From positions 27,107 through 59,106 of the forward strand of contig SUPR01000007.1 in assembly GCA_005191425.1 (NCBI GenBank): a DNA stretch of 32,000 nucleotides, written 5' to 3'. The position numbers and the translations under genes are program-made. Below the pieces are notes generated by a model that searched no databases, was not told the origin of the DNA, and saw only the letters and a program-made list of their open reading frames with translations. The stretch comes from Candidatus Helarchaeota ASGARD archaeon Hel_GB_B (GTDB lineage Archaea > Asgardarchaeota > Lokiarchaeia > Helarchaeales > HEL-GB-B). Below are positions 9,224 to 17,185 of the stretch, one piece after another (within the stretch, counting starts at the first letter, position 1; each line of letters begins with the position of its first letter).

Positions 9224-9522
9224 TCATTTTTATTTTTAATTTTAAATTTTTATTAGTCTTAAATTCTACTACTTTAATTAAATAATACCTTTTGTTATGT
9301 AGAATTAACCATATTTTAAAATTTATTACAAAATATTGATGGAATAATTAAGATTCGGATGCGTTTTTCTTATCTATTCTATTTACTTTTTATATTGTTT
9401 ATTTCACTTTTTATAATTCTTTTTTCACGAGTTTAAGTAAAATTTAAAAAATATAAAATATAATAACCATCTAATTACATCACAATTAAAATAATTATTA
9501 CATATTAAAATCTAAAAATAAA

Positions 9523-9723
9523 ATGGACTGTGTTTATATGGGTCTTTGGTCTCAAATAAAAGATTATTTAGGAAAGACATTCTCAATTGACCAATTTATG
9601 GAAATTTTAGGAATGGACGATTCTGATAAGCGAGAAGCTCGAAATGTTTTACACCAACTATATTTGTCTGGCAAAATTAGGCGGATAAATAATTCAAGAA
9701 ATATGTATATTAAATTAGAATAA
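9523..9723 (+). CDS. Small winged helix-turn-helix protein
   Basis: Pattern FSIDQFMEILGM..DKREARNVLHQLYLSGKIRR...MY is typical of wHTH recognition helix plus wing. The start may be ATG 9538. Confidence 0.6.
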   Translation: MDCVYMGLWSQIKDYLGKTFSIDQFMEILGMDDSDKREARNVLHQLYLSGKIRRINNSRNMYIKLE

Positions 9724-9811
9724 TCTTTATCAATTTTCTCTTTATCAATTTTCAAATGACGTCTCTTTTTCAATTTGACAGTTTGATTATTTTTACGTTT
9801 TTAAATTTTAA

Positions 9812-10894
9812 ATGGTGAGAACGAATTTGATTAAATTTGGAGTCGATCACGCCACAAATTCAACTTTATTGATGCACGATTTGGACGCCATTACTAAATC
9901 AGCACTTTTAGCTGACTCTTTGAATTATGATGGTATTTTTTTTATGGACCATTTAAATTGGACACCAACTAATTCTCAAATTGCTAATAATTGGATATTT
10001 TTAAGTTCATTAATCAATAGAATTAAAAAATCTACACTAGGAATATTAGTAACCGACCCTCATAGAAATCATCCCGCTATATTAGCTCAAATGCATGCTA
10101 CATTGGACTTTTTGACTGATGGGCGCTTTATTTTAGGAATAGGTGCAGGAGAAGGTGCCAATATTAACCAATATGGAATTAAATGGGACAGACCTGTTTC
10201 TAGATTAAAAGAGGCTATTGAAGTCATGCAAGAGCTGTGGAACGCAAAAAGTAATAGAAGAGCTAATTATAACGGAGAATTTTTCACATTAAAAGATGCA
10301 TTCCTCCAAATTAAATTCAAAAAATCACCACAATTATGGGTTGCTGGAAATGGTACAAAAACCAGAGAACTAACAGCTAAATATGGGACTGGTTGGTTCC
10401 CTAATTCTATTCCACAAAAAATTTATCGAAGGTGGTCTTCTGAAATTAATGATATGGCTGAAAAATTCGGTAGAAAAAACACTGACATTGTCCACGCATA
10501 CCAAATTTATATCTATTTATCTGAAGACGAAAATGCTGCATTTAATACCCTTAGACCAATTATGACTGTTTTTTCAATGAAAGAAGAGATTATTAAAGAA
10601 TTTAATTTAAAATTCCCTCAAAATATGAATTTTCACAAGATGATGACTCATAATACATTATTAGGAATGAAAAAAGCTCAAAGAAAAGTATTCGATTATT
10701 CTCAATATGTCCCTGATTCAATTCTAAAAGATATGTGCGCCTTTGGTCCGGTCGATAATATCATTTCCAAACTTGAAGATTTTATAAAAGCCGGAGTAGA
10801 ATATTTCGTCTTAATGTTCATTGGAAATAATTATTACGAACAAATAAAAGAATTTAGTTCTAAAATTATCCCATATTTTCAAGAGTATAAATAA
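9812..10894 (+). CDS. LLM-class (luciferase-like, probably F420/flavin-dependent, Mer-related) oxidoreductase
   Basis: FFMDHL, LGILVTDPHRNHPAILAQ..ATLDFLTDGRFILGIGAGE, YNGEFFTL, LWVAGNG, and C-terminal FGPVDNIISKLEDFIKAGV. Confidence 0.88.
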   Translation: MVRTNLIKFGVDHATNSTLLMHDLDAITKSALLADSLNYDGIFFMDHLNWTPTNSQIANNWIFLSSLINRIKKSTLGILVTDPHRNHPAILAQMHATLDFLTDGRFILGIGAGEGANINQYGIKWDRPVSRLKEAIEVMQELWNAKSNRRANYNGEFFTLKDAFLQIKFKKSPQLWVAGNGTKTRELTAKYGTGWFPNSIPQKIYRRWSSEINDMAEKFGRKNTDIVHAYQIYIYLSEDENAAFNTLRPIMTVFSMKEEIIKEFNLKFPQNMNFHKMMTHNTLLGMKKAQRKVFDYSQYVPDSILKDMCAFGPVDNIISKLEDFIKAGVEYFVLMFIGNNYYEQIKEFSSKIIPYFQEYK

Positions 10895-11014
10895 ATAGTT
10901 ATTCAAATCAATAAAAACTGCCCCCAATTTAAAAATAGAATATGGGATTATTTATTCCATTCACATTAGTGTCAAGATATATCTTTTTTCTTCTATTTGA
11001 ATTGTAACTCAAAC

Positions 11015-11335
11015 TTAATCCTCACTAAATAATTTTTCAATATCGAACCTTTTTTTTATTTCAGAATCTAAATAGTTATGAAGTCTTTTAATAGCAGTTT
11101 TATCTAATGAAAAATCCTCAAAATCTTTTTTAGGGAAAAATTTTTTGAGTATTTTTTTCTTTTTTTTAATCTCTACTTCTTCATTCATTTTGTTTTCATT
11201 AATTTCTTCATCTATTAATTTGTTAAGGTCTATCCCCGCAGCTTCTTTAATAAAATTTAAAATTGTATTAAATTGTTCGCTCAAATCTTGAATTGGTTTG
11301 ATACTTTCTATTTTAGTTCTATTTTTTGAGATCAA
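11015..11335 (-). CDS. Hypothetical protein, possibly the C-terminal part of an interrupted gene (same frame as 11393-12022)
   Basis: 106-aa charged helical ORF with a TTG start and no clear RBS. The frame stays open upstream to the TAA at 11393-11395. Confidence 0.45.
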   Translation of the reverse strand: MISKNRTKIESIKPIQDLSEQFNTILNFIKEAAGIDLNKLIDEEINENKMNEEVEIKKKKKILKKFFPKKDFEDFSLDKTAIKRLHNYLDSEIKKRFDIEKLFSED

Positions 11336-11392
11336 TTTAAATATTTCTATTATAAAAATCAGGAATATTAAAATTGTTAAACGAAATAATAT

Positions 11393-12022
11393 TTAATTAA
11401 AATTTGCTATTTCTGTTAAAATATTATCGCTGTCATTTAACTCTTTTTCAAGGTTTAAAGTTAATAAATTATCAATTAATCTAACAAGATATTTTATAGT
11501 AAATTCCAAATAATAAAACAATTTATTCAATAAATTATTTGATAAATCTTCTTGAAATTCATTATTTTCTTTAATATCTTCTAATATATTTAAAGTAGTT
11601 AAAAGATAATCTTCTTGATCTTTTAAAAATTTAGTGAGATCTTTGACTGTTAGATCGGTCTTTCTAATGAATTTAGTGTTTAATTTTTCAATTTTATGGA
11701 ATGAAAATCCCGGAATCTTTTTCATTTCATCTAAAATAAATTTAATAGTGTCAGAAATTAAAGAATTTAATTCATTTTTTGTTATATCTGGTGGTATTGA
11801 AAGTTTCGGAATTATACAATTATTAATTAATAATTCAAAATATTTCTCATATTTAAAATCATGTTGTCCTTTAAATAATGCCTCGGAAAATTCTTTTATT
11901 TCTTTATCTTGTTCAAATAATAGTTTGTTTTTAGTATTACTTGGTTTATTTTCTCTAATATATGTTAAAACTGGTAAAGATGATATTAACACAACTTCAT
12001 TTATGTTAATCATTTCACTCAT
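11393..12022 (-). CDS. Hypothetical all-helical protein
   Basis: 209-aa ORF with no recognised motif. Confidence 0.6.
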   Translation of the reverse strand: MSEMININEVVLISSLPVLTYIRENKPSNTKNKLLFEQDKEIKEFSEALFKGQHDFKYEKYFELLINNCIIPKLSIPPDITKNELNSLISDTIKFILDEMKKIPGFSFHKIEKLNTKFIRKTDLTVKDLTKFLKDQEDYLLTTLNILEDIKENNEFQEDLSNNLLNKLFYYLEFTIKYLVRLIDNLLTLNLEKELNDSDNILTEIANFN

Positions 12023-12240
12023 TATTCATTTACAATTTATAATCTAAATTATAATTTATTCAAAATTCTAAATTAAATTATTATCTTTATTTAATAATTT
12101 TTATGGTAGGCAATTCAAAATTAACTATAAATTCACAAAAAGAATTTTTGATTAATATTTAATAAAAATGATTATAACATTTTTGAAATTAAAATAAGGT
12201 GTTTAACTATAAATAATAAAAAAAGAGAGAAAATTAAAAG

Positions 12241-13692
12241 TTAAGATTGCATTTCTTGCCATAATTCTTCTATTTTTTCTAAATTCCAGCGTTTTTCTAA
12301 AAGAAATGGAATTCCACCACAATCTCGAGGTCCAACTATTACTACCTTATTTGCTGAATCCTCGAGTTCACCTTGAAGCCTTGCAGCTAATCCAGGGATT
12401 ATTATTCCGTGGTGTTTAACTTTTTCATTGACTTTATATTTTTCAATATGTTCTTTTATGGCATCGACATTAAGATCTCCACCGGCGACCGCACATTCTA
12501 CACCTATTCCTTCGGTGTCTATTACTAATAGCCATGAAGGAATTCTGCTCTCTTCCAGATCTCCTTTAACTACAAAATAGGTCATTGTATAATTAGTCGT
12601 CAAAAAGAGCGGAGATTCTGGAGTGGGATTGTTTATTTCATATAATCCTGGTTCTACAGCTGGATTGATTCTTGGGTCTGCGTATACATTTTGTCTAACG
12701 ACTCCTATAGCGAGCATAAACCAATTTTCTGCTGTATGAAATATTAAAAGATTAGTAGCATGGCTTATTAAAATCGTTCCTAGTTTAGCTTCTTCATAAG
12801 ATAAAGTAACTCTTTCACCTAAAGATAGGTTCTTTATATCTTGGTCCATCCAAACTGCTGCAGGTATTCCAATAGTTGGATATCCAATTGATTTGTCTCC
12901 TTTTTCAATCGCCGATTTTTTAAGGATAATATGTCGGCTATATGTTTCACCTATATGTCCTTCACCTGGAATGGTACCTGGGTCGAGTACAATTTTATTT
13001 ATACCTGCATTTTCAAGTGAAACGCATAAACTTTTGAGTTCGTCAAGGTCTGTAGAATATACAGTAATAGGCACATCATATTCTAGGGCTAATTTTGCCA
13101 TTTCTTTCCAATTTTCTTTGGTGGCTGTATACATCAATGGATTTTTGTTTTTAGTTACCTTTAACCCTGCTTCCATAATTTTTGGGTCTAAGGTACACAA
13201 GATAATTGGAAGATCAGTAATAGAAAGTACTTTCTTAACAGCTTGAGCAAATGTATCCGGATTTCCCGATAAAGACCTGACAGCAATCCCTTGCAAATTA
13301 ATTCTATCACCTAATCTTATCCAGTCATAATTCTTAACAAATTCAGTTCTTTGGATCAGGTCGTCTAAATCTTCATCATTGACATCAACAAAAATAGCGG
13401 TCGGACTATAATAAGTAAGTTCATGTCTGTATAAGACTTCTTCTCCGCCTATAGATATCTGTTTTTCACCGGTACCAATTTTAATACTAATTATTGGAGG
13501 AGTTACAAGTTCTTTTAATTTTTTTAATTTTTTAGCGTATTTTTTTTCGCTAAATAATGGTTTACATTCTTTAAGTTCTATTAAATGGTCTAATAATTTT
13601 ACTGCAAAGGACATACATGTTTGTTCTCCACATTGTCCGCAATTGGTCCCGGGTAATAATGGGATAACATTTAAAGGGCTTAATTTTGGCAT
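12241..13692 (-). CDS. cdhE: Acetyl-CoA decarbonylase/synthase gamma subunit (corrinoid Fe-S protein, large subunit)
   Basis: N-terminal [4Fe-4S] motif LPGTNCGQCGEQTCMSFA...C, IGGEEVLYRHE, LTTNYTMTYF, and IIPGLAARLQGELED...VGPRD. GGAGG RBS. Confidence 0.95.
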   Translation of the reverse strand: MPKLSPLNVIPLLPGTNCGQCGEQTCMSFAVKLLDHLIELKECKPLFSEKKYAKKLKKLKELVTPPIISIKIGTGEKQISIGGEEVLYRHELTYYSPTAIFVDVNDEDLDDLIQRTEFVKNYDWIRLGDRINLQGIAVRSLSGNPDTFAQAVKKVLSITDLPIILCTLDPKIMEAGLKVTKNKNPLMYTATKENWKEMAKLALEYDVPITVYSTDLDELKSLCVSLENAGINKIVLDPGTIPGEGHIGETYSRHIILKKSAIEKGDKSIGYPTIGIPAAVWMDQDIKNLSLGERVTLSYEEAKLGTILISHATNLLIFHTAENWFMLAIGVVRQNVYADPRINPAVEPGLYEINNPTPESPLFLTTNYTMTYFVVKGDLEESRIPSWLLVIDTEGIGVECAVAGGDLNVDAIKEHIEKYKVNEKVKHHGIIIPGLAARLQGELEDSANKVVIVGPRDCGGIPFLLEKRWNLEKIEELWQEMQS

Positions 13693-13708
13693 TTTTATTT
13701 TTCCTCCT

Positions 13709-14944
13709 TTATTTCATAGTAATCCATTTTAGTCCATCTACTGGTTTTGATGGCTTAGGTGCGGATAATTTTTCAATAATATCTTTAAAACCTGCAACAG
13801 ATCCTGGGTGGAGCATCATTGCCAAATCAAGGCCTACAATTGAAAGAATGAAGGCTGTCAAAATTTCCCATAATGGGCCTCTGAATGCTCGTGGACCCCA
13901 TTCTGGTCTAAGTTTATCTGCCATAAAAGCTTCTCGAGCTCCCCAAGCATTAGTAGTACCTCCACTCATTGGGAATGCAAGCGTTTCTTCTCCTTTTAAT
14001 CCGCTTAATCTCATTCTTTCATAAACTGAAAAGCTATATTCAATTCCATAACCTAAAGGTCCAACCGTTGGATCCATTACAATTAAATCTTTAGAAAGAC
14101 CCATATCTAAAATCTCTGAGTTTAATTTCTTCTGGTTATTCACGTCTAATTGAGTCCATGATAAAACTATTTGGTCATATTTTTTTGCAACAGGAACAAT
14201 TTTTTCATATGTATCTAATTCAACTGAACTCAACATAAAACGATTCCCTGCAATCATATCAGCAACACCAGTAAAAAGTTCTACATCTTTTCTATGATTA
14301 CCAGAACCCCCAATTATAATTGGAACATCAACTGCATCCATTACCTGTTCGAGGTGTTCTAATGCTTGTCTAACGCTTTGGTTTCCACCTTCTTTTTCAG
14401 GTAAAGTAGGGTCTGTCCCGATAAAATGGAGTGTAATCATATCCGCTCCAAATTCTTCAACATGTTTCTTTGCCCATAGCCCTGGGTTTGTAGAAACATC
14501 TGGATTTAGAAAATGTTCTTTGACGGGTTTGCTTAATCTTAAAATTGATGGTCTTTCTTTTGTGTGGATAGGTACATCAAAAACATCAGCAGTTACAACT
14601 GGTCTATTTGGGTTTTTTCCAAGAAAACTATAGAAGGGCGGATATTTTTCGCCACCAATGACTACATTTTTTCCACCTTTTCTTTTAAAAGTAATTACAT
14701 TAATTTCAGAGGGATAATCTTCAGTAATGGTCGCAAGCTTTGAATCTTTCCAGACAAATTCTGCGCGTTTTGCAATAGGTTGTAACATTTGAGTGGCCAT
14801 CGTGGCTGCTTGATAGCCTGCAGCCTTAGGTGGCCTAAGTACTAAACTATCAATAAAAAATTGAATGTCTTTAAATATTGCAACTCCTGTTTCATCGAAT
14901 AATTTTTCTAAATCATTCATAAATTCTTCTGGGTCTCGACTCAT
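13709..14944 (-). CDS. cdhD: Acetyl-CoA decarbonylase/synthase delta subunit (corrinoid Fe-S protein, small subunit)
   Basis: FGADMITLHF, IIGGSGN...D, MDPTVGPLGYGIEYS..YERMRL.GLKG, NAWGAREA, MMLHP. GGTGA RBS at 14951-14955. Confidence 0.95.
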   Translation of the reverse strand: MSRDPEEFMNDLEKLFDETGVAIFKDIQFFIDSLVLRPPKAAGYQAATMATQMLQPIAKRAEFVWKDSKLATITEDYPSEINVITFKRKGGKNVVIGGEKYPPFYSFLGKNPNRPVVTADVFDVPIHTKERPSILRLSKPVKEHFLNPDVSTNPGLWAKKHVEEFGADMITLHFIGTDPTLPEKEGGNQSVRQALEHLEQVMDAVDVPIIIGGSGNHRKDVELFTGVADMIAGNRFMLSSVELDTYEKIVPVAKKYDQIVLSWTQLDVNNQKKLNSEILDMGLSKDLIVMDPTVGPLGYGIEYSFSVYERMRLSGLKGEETLAFPMSGGTTNAWGAREAFMADKLRPEWGPRAFRGPLWEILTAFILSIVGLDLAMMLHPGSVAGFKDIIEKLSAPKPSKPVDGLKWITMK

Positions 14945-14960
14945 CGAAAATCACCAATTA

Positions 14961-15068
14961 TTAAATCTCTAATCCTAATTCATCTGTTTCAATCTGAATA
15001 TTCTTTAAAACTATCTCATCTATATTGTCTAGCAGTTCGTCTAATTTTGATAGAAAATTTTCTGACAT
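14961..15068 (-). CDS. Small 35-aa acidic protein within the ACDS operon, absent from the ORF track (MSENFLSKLDELLDNIDEIVLKNIQIETDELGLEI)
   Basis: ATG at 15068, GGAG RBS at 15078-15081 with 9-nt spacing, tandem TAA TAA stop. It fills the cdhC-cdhD gap, and its motif resembles the CdhC C-terminus and CdhD N-terminus. Confidence 0.75.
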   Translation of the reverse strand: MSENFLSKLDELLDNIDEIVLKNIQIETDELGLEI

Positions 15069-15083
15069 CTTAAATTTCTCCAA

Positions 15084-16580
15084 TTATTTTTTCTTCTTTT
15101 TTGCAGGTTTAATTCGCTTGATGACCATTTCATCGGCAATTATCTTTGCATTCTTAAAGGTAATTTTCCATTGTGCACCAGCTCCACCGCCTAAGGCACC
15201 TAAAGGTAATTGTAATTGTCCTACAAGTGGAATTCCGACACCAGTACCCATTTGAACTGGCATTGTTTGTTGATATGTAATTTGTTGTCCTTGTGGTACC
15301 ATCATAGCTTCTTCTTCTTCCTCCTCTTCTTCTTCCTCTTCAACCCAATCTTTTACAACTGGGTGGTCAACGCTCTTTAAAAATGCTTTTAATTCGTCTA
15401 TAGTGGGCGCATTCTTTTCCGTAGCAATCTTATCTCTGATATCTTCGGGAATATCATTTTCAACTCGTTCTTTTATATTTGAAGGTAACCAAACAATTTT
15501 ATTCCAGCCACCATCTGCGGAGAAAAGTTTAGGTGATCTTAAATATTCTATTGCAATACCTACAAAGCCTTCTACTTGTTTTCCACCACCAGTTGAGTTT
15601 GCCATTGTACTGAAACGTAGACCATTAACTGTTTCTCCTTTAAAATTACGATCAACTATCCCTATACCCGCTACTTCGGGGATATAAAATGCAATAGCCT
15701 CAAAGCAACCGCATGAAGTATGATTATAGGGACTTAAAATTGTATATAAATGTACTCTATCGATTTCACCCAGTGACTTTTTCTTTGTAATTTCATTTAC
15801 ACCTGTAAATTCTCCTTTTATTTCATCGATACATTCTCCTTTTTCAATAGCAAAATTTGGTCCTTTTGGATCAACTTTTGAAGCAGCTCTTGCATCAAAC
15901 CAGTTAATTGCACCGCATAAGGAGATTCTTTCAGGTGTTATTGTACATACATGTGTTGGTGCGAAACTCTGACATAATGTACATCCATAGAACAAATCGA
16001 CATCTTCATCTTTCATGCCCCTTGCTCTAGAATCCCTTGCTTCATAAATCTCCATAGCTTTTTCGTACCAAGTTTTAATTTCCTTTGGGTCTGTAAAGAT
16101 AGTTACTTGAATTTTTTCAATTACTTTTGAGAATTCTGATTTATACAATCTAATGAGAACTTTTCCCCAATATTCGAGAGTATCAAAGCCTTTTTTGTAT
16201 GATGATTTTGATAATCGCATCCAGATATCGTATCTTTGATTCAAATGCATTAAACCTTCGATATAATTAGTAAATTCGTGAATTCTTCTTTCTAAGACAG
16301 CTTCTAAGTCTTTTTCGACCAACCTACCAGCTACTTCTACGATAATACCGATGGGATAAGTTTTACCCTCTTCTAAGTCTTTTAAATCAGGACCTACAAT
16401 AGTAACTTTTTCATCTTCAATTTCGTTCATTTCACGAGCTAATACCAGTTCAAATTTTTCCTTAATTTTGCCTCCGCCAAGTTCTACTTGCATTTGTTTT
16501 CCTCTGACTCGTTCGCCTTCATAAATTAATCCAACATCTACAGGGATATCAGAAAACATTCCAGATTCTTCATCACTCAT
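15084..16580 (-). CDS. cdhC: Acetyl-CoA synthase, ACDS beta subunit (archaeal short form)
   Basis: FYGCTLCQSFAPTHVC, SLCGAINW, and HTSCGCFEAI A-cluster Cys ligands. A poly-Glu linker precedes the C-terminal KITFKNAKIIADEMVIK. Confidence 0.96.
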   Translation of the reverse strand: MSDEESGMFSDIPVDVGLIYEGERVRGKQMQVELGGGKIKEKFELVLAREMNEIEDEKVTIVGPDLKDLEEGKTYPIGIIVEVAGRLVEKDLEAVLERRIHEFTNYIEGLMHLNQRYDIWMRLSKSSYKKGFDTLEYWGKVLIRLYKSEFSKVIEKIQVTIFTDPKEIKTWYEKAMEIYEARDSRARGMKDEDVDLFYGCTLCQSFAPTHVCTITPERISLCGAINWFDARAASKVDPKGPNFAIEKGECIDEIKGEFTGVNEITKKKSLGEIDRVHLYTILSPYNHTSCGCFEAIAFYIPEVAGIGIVDRNFKGETVNGLRFSTMANSTGGGKQVEGFVGIAIEYLRSPKLFSADGGWNKIVWLPSNIKERVENDIPEDIRDKIATEKNAPTIDELKAFLKSVDHPVVKDWVEEEEEEEEEEEAMMVPQGQQITYQQTMPVQMGTGVGIPLVGQLQLPLGALGGGAGAQWKITFKNAKIIADEMVIKRIKPAKKKKK

Positions 16581-16621
16581 TATTCTATCAACTCCAAATT
16601 AAATAAATTAAATATAAAAAA

Positions 16622-17176
16622 TCACTCCATTATAAGTTTGACTATATCATTAATTGCTTTTTTCCATTCCTCGACCTTAAAGTTTGCAAGACAAAATGAC
16701 GCATTTGGTTGGAAGTATCTATCTAAAGAAATTCCTTTTGACCATTTATAAGAAAAATGCTTCATTGCACTGAACATCTGGGATTGTAAATAATAGACCA
16801 TTGCAGCAATTATAACCCAGTCATAATGTCCTTTGCCGTCAAATCCCTTCCAATTTTCATCACAGACTCTATGGATAACATTAGAAACTGACATTATTGC
16901 AACTGGTTTTATATCTTTTTCAACAAATGTCTTTGCAACTTCCGTTGTAGCGACTACTGGAATTTTTTTCTTTTTAACTAATTCGACTAGTAGGTCTAAA
17001 TATGTTTTACCATTTCCAATATCAACATCATATTCATAACCACCCACTATTAAAAGAGGCCTTTTTGCTTTCTTAATTATTTTACCTATTATTTCTGGTT
17101 TATAAACTGGTGTTCCAGCAATTGGGCCATTAATATGGGTGGGTCTCCAAGGTTTTATTTTAAAAATCTTGATCAT
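16622..17176 (-). CDS. cdhB: ACDS/CODH epsilon subunit
   Basis: IKKAKRPLLIVG, WKGFDGKGHYD, and SLDRYFQPNASF motifs. Lies between cdhA and cdhC. Confidence 0.92.
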   Translation of the reverse strand: MIKIFKIKPWRPTHINGPIAGTPVYKPEIIGKIIKKAKRPLLIVGGYEYDVDIGNGKTYLDLLVELVKKKKIPVVATTEVAKTFVEKDIKPVAIMSVSNVIHRVCDENWKGFDGKGHYDWVIIAAMVYYLQSQMFSAMKHFSYKWSKGISLDRYFQPNASFCLANFKVEEWKKAINDIVKLIME

Positions 17177-17185
17177 CTCCTTTTA

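Noticed and set aside
7903-9723. Integrated plasmid ParMRC locus with the wHTH gene as ParR
   Set aside because: No iteron array in 8935-9520, no rep or integrase, and no duplicated tRNA end. The wHTH gene is divergent and separated by the tRNA.
15308-15342. GAA/GAG trinucleotide run (poly-Glu) in cdhC as a repeat element
   Set aside because: An acidic linker before the C-terminal tail is a known feature of archaeal CdhC. It is coding and in frame.
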